Shown: positions 26,426 to 42,109 of the stretch, in pieces
Position numbering within the stretch: position 1 is the first letter of the stretch
Layout of the letters: each line of letters begins with the position of its first letter
Assembly (NCBI RefSeq): GCF_006345805.1
Contig: NC_043001.1
Location: 81,096,001 to 81,160,000 of the forward strand
Origin: Octopus sinensis
Taxonomy: Eukaryota
Direction of reading: 5' to 3'
Length of the DNA stretch: 64,000 bases
Translations under genes and position numbers: made by a program
Notes under the pieces: model-generated
The model's input: the letters and a program-made list of their open reading frames with translations, nothing else
Told to the model about the DNA's origin: nothing
Databases searched by the model: none

Positions 26426-27947
26426 GATAGATGCACACACACACACACACACACACACATAAGCTTTTGAATCTCAAACTACCATGATACATGTATGTGT
26501 ATATATATATAATGTACATACATGTGTATGTATATACATTTGTAGATGTGTGCATATATGTATGTATAAATATATGTGGATATATCTGTGTATACATCTG
26601 TGTATATATGTGATATAACACTTATATCACTCAACGCACATATGCAAATATATAAATATGTACATACATATATATATATAAGGTATATGTACGTTTCTGT
26701 TTATGTTTTTTATACACACACGCACATACACGCACATTCACATGTATAAAGTTGTGTGTGTATGTATATATATATATATATATATGGATAGATGGATGGA
26801 TATATAGTTCTAGATAAATGCATATGGATGTGTATGCATATGTATATACACACAAATAAAAATAATTACAGGCATATGCATTCATCTACATGTGTGTATA
26901 TATATATGTATATATATATGTGTGTGTGTGTGTGCGTATATATATATAACACACACACACACAACACTATATTCATGTATATGTACATAGACATACATTT
27001 ATGTGAGTTATGTGAGTTTGTTGTTTGTTTATACATGCACTTACAGACACACACATACGTACACATATACAAAGAGAATATCCATCCATACACGTGTATG
27101 CACTATTGATTGATATTTTGTTAAGTGAATTGAATTTGGTAAATCGAGCAGTAGTATAGTCTGACTAAAAAGTCTGCCAGGGTGTATATAGGTTTCTGCT
27201 CTACTCTGCATGACTATAGTGATGATAGTGCATGTTACGATTATGGTTATGATGAGAGGTGGGTGGTGGTGGTGGTGATCGTTTTGCTGGTGGCAGTGGT
27301 GGTCATGGCAGCTCTGGTACTGGTGATGACAGTACTGAGGGTGAGATGCAGGGAAAATTGTTGCTGGAGTGAGTATTGCTCTTGCAATCTCTGTTAGCAG
27401 GGCCACTGTTTCTATTTATACTACTACTATTACTACTACTACTACTACTGTGTCTACCACCACCACAACAACAACAACAACAGCTACCACTATGGCTACT
27501 ACAACTACTATTACCAACTTTACCTATGCTATGGCCACCACCTCACCAACTTCTACAAGTGCTGCGTTTGCTGTTACTACTACTATTACTGCTGGTTCTA
27601 CCACTACTGCTATTATTACTGCTGCTGCCACCCTGTTCTCTGCTTTTCCACCCTTAACTGTATGCTGGTGGTTTCAGGAGTGAGATCTAATAGCAATTAC
27701 AAGTGTAAAGAGTTAGAAGCAGTATACATACATCTGTAAATGCATATGCACGCTCTCTCTCTCTCCCTCTCTTTCTCTCTCTCTCACACACACCTACATA
27801 TAGGTTAATTTTCACACACACATTCAAATTTTGGCATATACATTAGCATGTGTATATGTAAGCATGCACACTTGTACATACATACATACATACATACATG
27901 TACACATAATGCACAAATTGACACATGGCCTCTGAAATGGTTCATTA

Positions 27948-27991
<44 letters not shown>

Positions 27992-28167
27992 CCATGTATG
28001 AGGTGCAGGTGTGGTTGTGTGACAAGAAGTTTGGTTTGCTTCCCAACCACATGGTACCACATTCAGTTCCTCTGCATAGCACCATAGGCAAATATTTTCT
28101 GTGATAGCTCAGGCCTACCAGAGTCTTGTGAGTGAATACAGTAGATGGAAACTGAAAGAATCCTGTC

Positions 28168-28200
<33 letters not shown>

Positions 28201-29542
28201 CGCGCACACACATGTGTGTTACTGTCTCCTTGCCTTGACTTCATTCATAAACAAATGTTACCAACATACAAGCAGTGTCCTCATTTCCATTCTTCTCTAA
28301 TAACATGTCTGGTTGTGGGGAATATTACCTTACTTGAAAATATGTAAGGGTTGGTGACAGGAAGAGCATCCAGCAGGAGAATATCTGCCTCAGCAAATTT
28401 CATCCAACTCATGCAATCATCATAAAGTCGATGTTAATCATGAAGCTGATGATCATCATCAACTTTTAACATATGTTTTCCATGCTGGCATGGGTTGGAT
28501 GGCTTGACAGGAACTGGTACAGCTACGGGCCACACCAGGTTCCATAGTCTGTTTTGGTTTGGCTTCTACAGATGGATACCTTTCCTAGCATCACTCACTC
28601 CACAGAGTGTACTAGGTGCACTTTATGTGGCACCAGCGACTACACCAATGCTTTTTACATGGCACCTTGGGTTTAGAATCTCAATTTTGTTGTAAGCTGG
28701 TCTTCTCAAGTTCAGCAGTGTACCACACATCTTGGTCCCTTGTCAATGATATATATATAAATCCCTTAATCACTTTATAGTGTGTACTGGGTACTTTTTA
28801 CAAGCCATCACCAAGTGGCTCACAAGACATCTCAGTTGAGGTGAGAAGAGGAGTATTGGGGGAAGTGGTTTTCAGCCAGATTATTTGAGATTAAAGCATG
28901 AATGAGAGCAGAAACAGATGTCTTGGTGTAGAGGAGTTTCATGGCTCCTTAGAAAAGATTGAGAAAAGATTGAGAAGAGAGAGTGAGAGGGCAAAGACAG
29001 AGAAGATGGTGGTAAAAATGTTTCAAGGTATGCCCTTAAGTTACAGGGAGATGAGTATAAGCAAAATGGTACAGAGTGTTGGTGAGTGGGTAGGTAAATA
29101 AGATCCTGAGTGAGAAAGGAGAGTGGCAGATGGATGAAGATTGGGAAAGAGGGGAATGCAATGAATGATGAACACTGGTGGAGAAGGGTTTTAGAAAGAG
29201 GTATTGTGGGTGTTAGGAAGTTAAATTGTAAGGGTGAGATTTGTGTCTTTTCTATAAGCAGAAGGTAGACCTCAGCCAATTTTTTACTCTATATATCTTC
29301 CAATTGTTTACTCTATATATCTTCCACTGTTATCTTGGTATATGAGTTGACCCACCATTTTTGATTGTAAATTTTGGTCTGAAAAATTTGAGTTGTATGC
29401 TAGAAAATATAGTAGTGTTAAGTATGTATAACAAAACTACTTAACAAAGAGAAAATGAACACCTTCCACTTGCAACATTCATGAAAGTACACTTTTGATT
29501 TGTCACAAATAGAGGCAATGTTTTTTACATATCAATGTGATA

Positions 29543-29921
29543 GGTGTAGGAGTGGCTGTGTGGTAAGAAGCTTGCTTACGAACCACATGGTTCCGGGTTC
29601 AGTTCCACTGTGTGGCACCTTGGGCAAGTATCTTCTACTATTGCCTCGGGCCGACAAAAGCCTTGTGAGGGGATTTGGTAGATGGAAACTGAAAGAAGCT
29701 TGTCGTATATAAGTGTGTGTGTCTGTGTCTGTGTTTGTCCCCCTAACATCACTTAACAACTGATGCTGGTGTGTTTACATCCCTGTAACATAGCGGTTTG
29801 GCAAAAGAGATTGATAGAATAAGTACTAGGCTTACAAAGAATAAGTCCTGAGGTCGATTTCCTCAACTAAAGGCAGTGCTCCAGCATGGTCGCAGTCAAA
29901 TGACTGAAACAAGTAAAAGAG
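29543..29921 (+). mobile_element. SINE family A, full length
   Basis: Near-identical to 1228-1634 and 44412-44812. Confidence 0.85.
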
Positions 29922-30472
29922 TGCTTGGAAAGTTAGCAATGTCATTCATAAGTTCATGAAAGACAAGTTCTTTTGAGTCCTACATATGAACATGAAATAT
30001 TGCTGAGTTGTAAATGAGAAAATGAAAATTAGGCATATGTGATTGGTATGCTCCATCAACTGAAATGTGTCTTTGTATTAAGAGGAGCTAAAACAATAAT
30101 CAAAACAACTAAGCATTTGCTCTGTAATGCCATGTGGCCACAGTCATTCATGCAGCAAGCTTATGGATTGTTACTCATCTGTCAGCACAAATCAATTCAA
30201 CCACTCAATGGCAATTTGTGTCAGTGGTGTAACTGGTTTTCTAACTGTATGGTTTATCTTCAGTGCTGGTTTCCTCATCTTTAAACTCCATCCACCTGGA
30301 CACAGAGCTGGTGTCTATGGTGTCATCTACGAATTACTTTTCATTCATCCAATCAAGTTAACAGGTTCTGGGGGGCGCAAGCATAAACATAAGGAAAATT
30401 ACAATAATACCATCAATAACATTGACAATAACAGAATCACAGAGATAAGGCAACCTTCAAGGTACTCATAGT

Positions 30473-30582
<110 letters not shown>

Positions 30583-31655
30583 GTACACATGTCAGCAGAT
30601 ACTGCAGATGAAACTTCTCCCATTCACCACACTGGCAGTGCGTTTTCAGGAGATAGAGCAGAGGACATTGCTTAAGGTACCATGCAGTGGAAATGACCCA
30701 AGATTAAGAAGCAAGGTCCTTACCACACAGCTACATGTTTTTGCTTTTCTGTTTTTTTTTTTACTGTGTTTGTTCAGAATTCTTTAAGATTTACAAATCT
30801 TTGGAATAGGTTATATCTCATTTCCCATGAGTTTACTGATCTAATGAAGTAAGACATGTGCACATCCTTTTCTAATTTATTTAAACTGCACCTCCTCCCC
30901 ACTCTTGCCCTTCACAAGTCCCTGGAGAGAATTTTAAGTAATTTTTATCTGCATTTATCTAGTCTTTGAGGAAAAGGGGGGAGGGGCTCAGATCCTTCAC
31001 TTCTTTGTTATTCTCCCCCTCTTGGCCACTTATTCCTTTAACTTCTCATCCCCAATACTACTACCACTTCTATGACTACCGCAACTACTACTACTACCAC
31101 CACCACTACCATTACTTCTACCACCACCTCTTCTATCACCACCACCTCTACTATTACTGCTACTTTTGCTACCATCACCAGCACCACCATCACTACTATC
31201 ATCACCTCAACTACAGCACCACCATCACTACTTTTACCATCACCTCAACTACTGCCACTACCTCTACTTTTTAATACTGCTGCTGTCACCACCACCTCTA
31301 CTATTATTACCGCCATCACTACTGTCACCACCACCACTACTAATTCTACTACCACCACTACTACTATTACTGTTACAAGTGATATGAACTAATTTGTGCA
31401 CACTCTGCTGGTTAAGTTTAGTTGGTGCAAAGATTTAATTAAAGTGTTAATAGGATTTCATTAGTGTCTTTTGCTGCTAATAATTCGATAATTTAACCAA
31501 GAATTCACTTAGTTGCTATTACATGATGTTAATTAATTAATTAGTTAACTATTTAGTTAAGTAAGTTTTTTCTTTAAACTATGCAAATAAAGTGTTCTAA
31601 AAATAATTGTACTTATGCGTGTGTGTGTGTGTGTGGTGTGTGTGTGTGTATGTAT

Positions 31656-31691
<36 letters not shown>

Positions 31692-31709
31692 ATATAATAA
31701 TTGTTGTGT

Positions 31710-32070
31710 TGGCATGACTAAGTGGTAACAAGTTTGCTTCTCAACCACATGGTTCCAGGTTCAGCTCCCAATACTGCGTAGCACCTTGGGCAAATGTCTT
31801 CTATTATAGTCATGGTCAAAGAAAGCCTTGTGAGTGGATTTGGCAGACAGAAACTGCATGAAGCCCATCTTGAATGTGTGTGTATTGTGTGTGTTTTATG
31901 TTTGCCTTGACAACTACTGTTGATTACTTTACACTTCAGTAACTTAAAGGTTTGGCAAAGGAGGTTGATATAATATGTGCCAGACTTGAAAAATAAGTAT
32001 TGGAGTTGATCTGTTCGACTTCAAGGTGTAGTGCTCCAGCATGGCAACTGTCCAGTGTCTGAGAAAAGAT
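31710..32070 (+). mobile_element. SINE family A
   Basis: Family consensus similarity. Confidence 0.65.
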
Positions 32071-32269
32071 AAAAGTTGGTTGTTTTGAAGGGACATCTAG
32101 CTGTAGACACCAAGCCAAATCAGACTGGAACCTGGTGCAGCTCTCTAGCTTGCCAGCTTTGGTCAAGCTGTCCAACCCATGCCAACACAGAAAACTGACA
32201 TTTAAGGTTGCTGATGATGATTGTTATTCTTATATATATATTTTTAAGTATCTCTGGCTTGTATTCACA

Positions 32270-32825
32270 AGTTACAAGAGGCTAAATCAGATGCTAAAAC
32301 TGTAGATGATGACTCAGTAGTGTGTCAGCTCCAGCTTTTGATCCCCAGAAAAGGTGGGTTTGGTTTTAAAAAAAGAAGATGAACTTGCTATCTTCAATTC
32401 GCTTTTCATACCTAAACTCGCCTATGGTTATAAATGTTAGGTAATGATCAAAAGAATACAATTGTGAATATGAGAGGCCAAAATGGGATTTTCGCTGAAG
32501 GATTTCTGGAGTAATGTCACTTGAAAGGGTGTACAGCACAGAGATCAGAGAGGCTTCACGTCAAACAGTTGCTTCTCCACTTGAAGAGATGACTGCTCTG
32601 GTACTATGGACTTGTACTCTGAATGTCACAGAAAAGGATTGCAAGGCAGAGTCTTTAACCCAACAAGCTGGAGACCTGGGGGTACATGAAGAGTGAGATG
32701 GGTGAATAATATATAGTCTCAGCTGGTTACATTTGGGAACCCAGCTGGAAAGGGCAATGATAGTTGCTTCTGATACAACCTTATGGAGGAGAGGACTTGA
32801 GGCTTTATTCCAGGAATAGTGGACT
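32270..32825 (+). pseudogene. RTE-clade (Rex3/Expander-like) LINE ORF2 C-terminal remnant
   Basis: Frameshifted segments ELAIFNSLFIPKLAYGYKC*VM, MSLERVYSTEIR and SLSWLHLGTQLERAMIVASDTTLWRR resemble the post-RT C-terminus of RTE ORF2. Confidence 0.65.
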
Positions 32826-32839
32826 GGAAAATGGATTTA

Positions 32840-33200
32840 ATGGATGTAAGAAGTTTGCTTCCCAGCCACAAGGTTTTGGCTTCAGTGCCATGCAGTGGCA
32901 CCTTGGGCAATTGTCTTCTTTTATAGCCCCAGTATGACCAAAAGTTTGTGAGTGGATTTTGTAGATGGAAGCTGAAAGAAGTCCATAACATATGTGTGTG
33001 TCTTTGTGTTGTGTCTGTCACTCCATTGTTTGACAACTAGTTGGTTTCTTTACATCCTTATAATTTTGCTGTTTGGAAAAAGTGACTGAAAGAATAAATT
33101 TTAAAAGAAATTATGCACTAGGGTCCTTCCCCCCCCCCCACCAACCAACCCTTTCAAGGCATGGCCCAAGTCCACTGACTGAAACAAGTAAAAGAAATAA
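32840..33200 (+). mobile_element. SINE family A
   Basis: Family consensus similarity. Confidence 0.65.
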
Positions 33201-33699
33201 AGATTAGATACATGTAATTACTATACTAAAATACGTAATTTTTATACTTAAATATATAATTATATTCATAAGTTGATGTTGTGTAATTAGTTCATGTTTA
33301 TGCCAGTTTCATTTCTTAATTAATCAATTTTGATGTTTTTGCACACTATTTTAATAAGCGTTATTTAATAACATCCGTTAATTATTATAATTGTTATATT
33401 TTATTTCAAACACTTGTGACATGTCGCTGCTACCAACATTAGTTTTTTTTTTTTTTGCCCAGCTGTGACTATCTTTTTATCAAACTTAATTTATCTAAGA
33501 CTGCACTAGTGTATGTGTCCTTCCTTTATGAAGTCGTTAGTGTTTGATTTGAGTAAGATTTCACTGCTATATCTAGTGACCCTGTAGAGTTTCCTATGTT
33601 GGCACAGTAGCCAATCCTGCCATCCTGTGTATTTATATGTTAACCCTTTTACTACAGTAATTATATATATATATATATCCACTCAAAATTTCATTATCC

Positions 33700-34135
33700 T
33701 TTGCTATAAGCAATCTATCTTTTGTTGAGGAATGTCATGTTTGAAATTATTTTCCTTTGAGATATGTCAAGTTTACTAAGGCAACATGACTTGCAGAAAA
33801 TTTCAATTCAATTTTTTGATAAATATTTAACATTGTTGCTGGAATAACCATGAAACTTAATTTCACAGTTAAACTAATCTCAGTATTTGACTGACTTTTG
33901 TAAATCTAGAAGACGAATATGCACAGATAACAATACTGAGATTTCAACTTAACCATTTTCTTACCATGTTTTTACTGAAATATACTGCCTCTGTTTCAAT
34001 TAATTTTGAAAATGAGGAAGAATTTGGCAAAATAAATGTATCCCTATTATTAAACTGGTGTTTAGAATATAAATTATCCCGAAATGTTGATGGAAGGCTT
34101 TAATTTAAATCACTTAAACCCAAGAATTTGTATCA
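33700..34135 (-). mobile_element. Decayed piggyBac-like MITE units (same family)
   Basis: Reverse complement of the 43.3-kb unit (ttaaccattttcttaccatg...ctgcctctgtttcaattaattttgaaaa...atggaaggctttaatttaaatcac). Confidence 0.5.
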
Positions 34136-34264
34136 TGGAACCAGATTGGTCCGAGGTGGTTGGTGTCAAAATATTGAAAAATGTTAAGAAAATACTGCAA
34201 AGCATATTTTCTGGCACTCTACTAAAATTTGTCTTCTGGCATACTGCTAATAATAATAATAATA

Positions 34265-34720
34265 ATCCTTTCTACTATATACACAAGCACAAGGCCTGAA
34301 ATTTTGGTGGGTGGGGCTAATTGGTTACATTGATGCCAGTACTCAATTGGCATTTGACCCATAAAGGATGAATAACAAAGTCAACTTTTGGCAGAATTTG
34401 ATGAAATGCTGCTAAGCATTTTTCTGGCTTGCTAACAATTCTGCCAGCTTACTGCTTTAGTAATAATAATAATAATAGTTTCAAATTTTGGCACAAAGCC
34501 AGGAATTTTGTGGGAGGGTGCAAGGCGATTACATCAACTGCAGTACTCGGCTGGTACAAAAGATGAAATGCAATGTCAACTTTGGCACTTATTTAATTGA
34601 CCCTGAAAGGATAAAAGGCAAAGTTGACCTCGGTAGAATTTGAACTCTGAATGTGAAGACCAATGAAATACTGTTACGTATTTTGCCCAGCATGCTGACA
34701 GTTCTGCCAGCTCACCACCT
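34265..34720 (-). mobile_element. Two SINE family B copies
   Basis: Reverse-complement family similarity. Confidence 0.7.
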
Positions 34721-37700
34721 TAATAATGATAATAACAACAATAACAACAACAATAATAATAATGTTGTATTGATGGTGATGATGATGATGATGATGCTGA
34801 TGTTCATCATCATTGTTATCAATATCTACTTTTCTATGCTTATATGCATTAGATAGAATTCGTTGACAGCTTTTCTACAGCTGAATGCTCTTCCTGACAC
34901 CAACCCTCACCTTTTTTCATGTAATGTGATATTTATCCGTGATCAGACATGTTTTCTTAGAATATTGGAAATTAATGACGCCATTTACATGGTGGTAATT
35001 CTTGTTTACAAAAGTAAATACTCTCACTCAAGTGGTTATGATGACGAGGGTTCCAGTTGATCTAATCAATGAAATTTCACAAGCCTGCTTGTAAAATCAA
35101 CATGCAAATGGCTGAGTACTCCACAGACGTGCATACCCCCGATGTAGTTCTCAGAGAGATCCAGTATCTACAGAAATGTGACAAGGCTTAACCTTTTTAA
35201 TTATGGGTACGACTCATTATTTCCAGCTGTGAGATAAAGCATCTTGCTCAAGGACACAAGGAACCACTGAGAATCAAACTCATGGCCTTATGATTGTGAG
35301 ATGGATACCCTAACCACTAAGCTACATGCGTTCACTTCTTGCTTATAACCAACACATGAAATCAAGTGGGCTTCTTTCTGTTTCCTTATATCCAAATCCA
35401 CTCAACAAAGGCTTAGGCAGGCTCAGGACTATAGTAGAAGACACTTGCCTGAGTTGCCATGCAGTGAAACAGAACCCAGCATCATATGGTTGAGAAACAA
35501 GTGTCTTACCACACAACTACACTGAAGCCTATGATTTTTAATAATAAATTGCCTAGAAATATGAAGATACAATCCAATCAATTTCAGTGTGGTTTCAACT
35601 AAATGTATTGAGTTCCAAATGGACCGTGTAAGACATATAGGCTGGCGCCTTACCATAACATACCTCAAACTACATCTTAATAATATTGGAGAGAGACCAA
35701 TAGTGCTGCTGCTGCTGATGTTGTTTTTGTTATTGTTAGTGATAGCAGAGATGCAATTTGATGGAAGCAAAACATTGGTAAATTTACAAGGGCCAGGAAA
35801 TTGGAAGGACCAAAATGTTTTGGTGTATAAGAGTATTATTTTCTGCTAGACATGATTGTGTGTGTGTGTTTCTGGGTTTAGGTGGGAGTAATTGTTAGTG
35901 AACTGGATGGGAGTTTAAAAGTGGAGAAGCATTATATTAACAAGGAGATAGGTGGGGAAGTTCCAGGGGTGGTTGATCAGAGAGAAAGAAGATTGTTCTG
36001 TAAGTTGGTTGTGTGGATGTTAAAACATGAGATTTGATATTAATAGCTCTGTGTGTTATGTTGTTGTTGTTATTATTATTATTTGTTGTTGTTGTTGTGT
36101 GTGTGTATGTGTGTGAAATCTATAGGTGGGTAGATGTACTGGAGTATAGATTAACAATTAGAAGCATTATGTAGTTGGGAAGGAGGATAAGCCCAGAGGT
36201 GGATAACTAAGGCAGTTGAATGTGTGGATGTTAAAACTGAGATTTGATATTAATAGCTACATATCACTCCGCTCTGTGTGTGTGTGTGTGTGTGTGCATG
36301 CTTGCGTGTGCACTGAAGTGTGTCCATGCTCTGGTGGTGGCAGTGGTGTTGTTGATAGTGACATTATGGGGATGGGATGTGGATAAAGGAGGTCTGTAGT
36401 TTTGAGTTGATGAAGATTTATGTAATAAGGACCTGAAAAATATAATCAATATGGTTTCTCAGCGTGTGTGTGTGTGTGTGTGATGGATTGGAAAATGGGG
36501 ATGGGAAGTAGCAGTGGTGTGAGGGTGAAGGTGAATTGTTATTATTAGTTGCTGTTTCAGATCAAAGGACATTCAGCCTGATGATGATAATGATGTTGAT
36601 GATGATAGTGATGGTTGCAGTGGTGTCGGTGGTGGTGGTGGTGGCGGTAGTGTTGGTTGTGTTGGTGGTAGTTGCTTGCAGTGGTTGCAAGTTGATTGTC
36701 TATCTTAATGGTAAACTTCTGTTATGATATTACAATACCATCTGTAATAATGTCTGTTGAGGTAGGTCGATGGTAGTGCTGGAGATGTGAGCGACTGTGG
36801 CAGTGCCAGTGGTGGCTGTGGTAGTAGTGAAAGTGGTGGCGTCATGGTGACAATAATGGTAGGTGGTTAATGTGATGGTGATAGTAGTAATTGTTGTCTT
36901 GTTGTGGTTGTTGATGGTGGCGGGGACAGTAATGATGATAATGATACGATGGTGGTGATGGTGGGAATGATCATGGTAGTAGTGGTGGTGTTGATAATGA
37001 AGATGACGATAATAATGGTGGTGGTGGTGGTGGTGGTGGTGGTGGTGATGATCTTGAGGATAATGATGGTGGTGTGGTGATGATGAGGAGGATAATCAGT
37101 CTCTTGCAGGAAGGCTAGAACTATGGGGTGCATATATTTGGGGGAGGAGGTGTATGGGGAAGGATATTTAATACGCAGTTTAAGGAATGGGAGGGGTGGG
37201 ATGCTTGGGGTGGTGGTGCAGTGAAAGATGAAGAAAAGAGGTTGCAGGGCAGGTGGGGCAGAAGAAAAGTTAGATTGAATATTTTAGAGGTGGTGTTAAG
37301 GAGAGGGTACGATTGGGTAGAATGAGCGTTTCCTCCCACCCCAAACCACCCACCACCACCACCACCACTACCACCCACACCTCCCATCTTTCCTCTCCTC
37401 CTCCACTGCACTCACCCTTCTTTCCCATGGTGTATTTGGTAGAGAGTGTGTTCGTGGTGATGGTGATGGTGGAGTGTAGGGTATCGATTGAATTCAGGGT
37501 GTGTTTCAGTGGTAGTGGCAGTGATGTTGATGGTGGTGGGTAAATAGCATTGGAGGGTGGGGTGTCGGGTTAGTACAGAAGAGATCTAAATTGGATGAAA
37601 GGTATTGGATGGAGGGTAGATTGATTTAAGGGTGTTGTATAGGGGGATGTATCAAGTTTCAAATGTGTGCATAGAACTCAGGATGAAAGGGGACAATTTC

Positions 37701-39204
37701 TGTGACAATATTACATATTACACTTCCTCCCTCTCTCTCTTTCTCTCTCTCCATACTGCATTTGTCTTCTTTCTCTCTCTCATTTTTGCTTCCTTTGTCT
37801 TTCTGTCTGTCAATCTATCAGTGTGTCTGACTTTATCTTTCTTGTAACTCACACACATACTTAGACTTTCTCTTTCACAATCATACATCCTTCCATTCCA
37901 TGAAGATGCTCTTCCACAAAAGCCACCCTCTCTCTTTCTCTCTCATGCAGACCATCTTCTATACAACTTCTTTCTTACTTTTAGCAATTCTCATACAGCC
38001 ATTCACTGTCTGTGTGCATCTCTCTCTCTCTTTCTCTCTTTTTCACACACACTCTTTCTCTCACTCTCACACTGACACTCAGTCTCTCTCTCAACCACTC
38101 TCTCTCCCTCTCTCACACAACCACTCAGTCTCTCTCTCAATCTCATAGCCACTCACTGTCTTCCTCCCGCTCACACATAACCACTCTCGCTCTCTCAGAC
38201 AGCCATTCTATCTATCTATCTATCTATCTGTCTCACAGTCTCTCACACACAGCCACTCTCTCTCTCACAGTCTCTTACTCACTCTCTCTCACACACACAC
38301 ACACACACCTATGCTGGCATAGGTTGAACAATTTGACTGTATTGGACAAGCTGAAAGACTATGAAGTTCCAATGTCTGTTTTGACATAATTTCTGCAGTG
38401 AGCTGCCTTTTCAAGTGTCAGCCTCTCTACAGAGTGTTCTAAATGCATTTTTCATGACAGCAGTCCTAGTGCAATTTCCTTGCAATTTCCTAAACTCAGG
38501 GCTTATACATTTATAAAATATAATGAGTAGATAGGAATAAATTATCCAAGCAGATACTGTACAAGCACTCAGTTATAATCTGGGTTCTGGCTAACTGCAT
38601 CAAGCTGTAAGAAACACCTAGATTACTTAAGGTAAGCAATCCCACTGTAATTCATATCTGATGGGTAAGTTTTGGGCTTGCTTTGCTGGATTATGAATAT
38701 TTTCAAGTGCATAAATCCAAGATAATTACAATTATCAATAAGATTAATTGACTGTAAACATTTTTTTAAAATACAGATGTATTCATTGTAATTGTCTTGT
38801 TTGTATGTGTGTGTGTGTGCATTCCCCACACATGCTTCTAGCTGCTCTGTTCCCATTCTCTTCTACTCAACTTCTGCTGTGAGGATCTGCTTGGACACTT
38901 CATCACTATTTATCTCTTAGGAGATACTACTAGTTCATTCTCACTCCCTCTCCTCTAAATGCAGGTAGCCCTGTAGGTCCTCTACAATAAGAATCTGCTC
39001 CACCCTTCAACTTTATCTCTCATACATTAACTACCACCAAGCATAAAGATGCCCCACCACCACCTCAGGTTCTGTAGACTTGTGAGCTGCATGGCTAAAC
39101 TCGTTAGTGACTGTGGCACTATAAAAGGACCTGGTACACACTGTAAAGTGGTTGCTGTTAGGAAGGGCATTCAACTGAAGAAACCATGCCAAAACTGATA
39201 TCAT

Positions 39205-39590
39205 CATCATCATCCTTCAGTGTGGTTGAACAACCAATCCCAATCTGTCAGGACTCACAGTCCGATCGTCTTCCACATCTCTTGATCATTTATTGCAACT
39301 CCAAGTTCATTGATGGCAATTCATGAGCCATGTGCAATGACATCTAGGGAAATTGAGATTTCTGGAGAAGACTCTGTTCCTGTCAGCCTTCACAAGAGGA
39401 GGAATGAATTGATCACTCTTAGTCTGCATGATAACAGTGACCAGATAATTTTATTCATATCTGATGTAGATGCATAGATGTTGGCTTCATCTTTCCATAT
39501 ATTTGTTGTAGGGTGGCATGCTTTCGCTAGTGAATGCTTTGTGCTCTGCAAAGGTAGCAGACATTGGAGCATGATGCAGCTTGTGGGCTC
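39205..39590 (-). pseudogene. RTE-clade LINE 3' end remnant (different family)
   Basis: Minus strand encodes ...ISISLDVIAHGS*IAINELGVAINDQEMWKTI, resembling the RTE C-terminal xPDVI..D.G....LG.AM.DRE.W pattern, followed by a (GAT)n tail. Confidence 0.5.
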
Positions 39591-39699
39591 ATTGGATCCT
39601 ATCAAACCAAGCCATCCCACCCATGCCAACATGGAACATCATCATCATCATCATCAAGATGTTAAATGATATAGATGTATATATATATATATATATATA

Positions 39700-39923
39700 G
39701 ACATCTTTTATCTTGTTAGTGTACAGCCATGTTAGGGCACTGCTTTGAAGAATTTTGATCAAATGCATCAACCCCAACGTATATTTGTTTCAGCCTGGTA
39801 TTTATTTTATCGGACTCTTTTGCCACACCTCTAGATTACAGACGTCTATACACACCAACACCTGTTGCCAGGTGGTGATGGGGGGATAAACACATGCACA
39901 ATGACACACACACACACACACTC

Positions 39924-39967
<44 letters not shown>

Positions 39968-40115
39968 GATGGGCTTCTTTCAGTTTCCATGTACCAAATC
40001 TATTCACAAGGTTTTGTTTAACCCAGGGCTATAGTAGACAACATTTGCCCAAGGTGCCATGCAATGGGACTGAACGTGGACACATGTAGTTACGAAGGAA
40101 ACTTCTTACCACACA
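39700..40115 (-). mobile_element. SINE family A
   Basis: Family consensus similarity. Confidence 0.7.
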
Positions 40116-41885
40116 GATATTTCTTTTTTTTTTTTAATATTTGACAAAAGTAACAAAATGAATCAAGGACTGAGTATTTCATACCATAGCACTTATCAAA
40201 CCTATGCATATATTTTGCTTGCACTTGAGATTTTGACACTCCCATATTCCTGAGACTGCAGCTTATATTGTCACTGGACATCTTGCTGTGTGTTGTCTCT
40301 GTATCATGTCAATAGGGTGGAGAGGGTTTGTGTGGCATTGTGCCTGCCTTATATGGCCTATAATTTAAGGACAAGCAATTGCTGGTGAGGTGACTTTTCA
40401 ATGCCTGGTCGAGTAGCAGGGTACTGTGGTAAGCATAGAAGCTACAGGCATTGCTGGCAGTTTCTATGGGCAATGGTCAGTGATGGTGTTCCTCAGTCAT
40501 GAGTGGATAACTATCATCATCATCATCATATGTATGTATGTATATTCCTCCCATGCCGGTGGCACATAAAAAGCACCCACTACATCTTGGAGTGGTTGGC
40601 GTTAGGCAGGATATCCAGTTGTAGAAACATTCCTAGATCAGATTGGAACCTGGTGCAGCCGCTGGCTATCCAGACCTCAGTCAAACTGTCCAACCCATGC
40701 CAGCATGGAAAACGGATGTTAAACGATGTGGATGATGTATATGTATATTCATATAGAGATGTATGTACATGCATATTCATATATATGCACATATGAAAAT
40801 GTCTTTGTGTATATATATGTATATGCCCTTTAAAATGTGCTTCTGTGTATCAACATCTTTGTGAGTATTTCAATTTGATAAAGATTAAAGTTTGATGTAT
40901 AATTGTGCACATGTGTGTGTGTGTGTATATAATATACAAACACATTTGTGAATCTGTGATTTTTCTGTATGCACATATGTACATCACACACATCTATATG
41001 GATGTGTTTAATATATGTGTATGTATATATGTAGCTTGTTTATAGTTGATATATATTCATGTGTATATTTATGGACTGATGTATAAACATTTCTATGCAG
41101 TAGCGAATTTATGTTGAGTATATTTATCTATATAATAAGCAAATATTTGCATATGCATATAGTTAAGAATATTCATATACATATAATATGCACATGTATG
41201 CATATGTGATATATATTTATGTTACTTATATACATCTGTGTGCATGTGTATATGTAGCTATAGCTGTGCATCAATAGTTGCATACAAGATACAGCTTGCT
41301 ATTATAGTTCTTTATAAATATAAATATCTCTGCTACTTCTTAGATTTACATACAAACTTGCATGCATGCATATGCATACACATTTCATGTGCATGTGTAT
41401 ACACATGAACATTTATACATCATACAAACACATAAGTACATGCATTCTGCAAATGCTTATACATACATAATTGTGTATGAATGCCTATACATGTATGCAT
41501 ATTCATACTTTTATAAGTTTTTTTTTTATTATTCATATATATATATATATATACATATTAATGAATAATATATACAGAGTCATGTTCTAGTTATATCCAT
41601 TACAATATCTCTGTAGAATCTCATCTCTTTGGATATATTCTTTCAGAATGTACTTGTGTGTGTACATATTTATTTCCATACTGCAAGATTTGAAAAGTAC
41701 TTCTGTACTGTTGTGATTTCTTTGCGTGATTCCTTAAAAGAAACTCTGTATATACTCACTATTGATAGCTTTGAAGATCATAGTGTGTGCATGTGTATGC
41801 ATATGTATGTATAAATGTATGTATGTATCTATCTATCTATATATATATATTTATCTATATATCTATCTATATATTTATCTATCTA

Positions 41886-41922
<37 letters not shown>

Positions 41923-42109
41923 TTATTGTTGTGTAGTTATAGCTTTGGTTCAGTTTGAAACCAAACTTCTGGTGTTAAGTGAAAATGCCTAGTTGAAAGT
42001 TTTAGCCAGAATTACCCACAAAATTCTTATTTGTATGTATGGTGAGAATGATCTTTGATGCTGTATATAGTAGTAATGTTCAGTTATTGTGGTGGGCGTA
42101 TATAGTTCA

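Noticed and set aside
30127-30471. 114-aa ORF with a hydrophobic segment in unique sequence
   Set aside because: No recognisable domain and no convincing splice sites. It could be a conserved non-coding region, but I cannot support a call.
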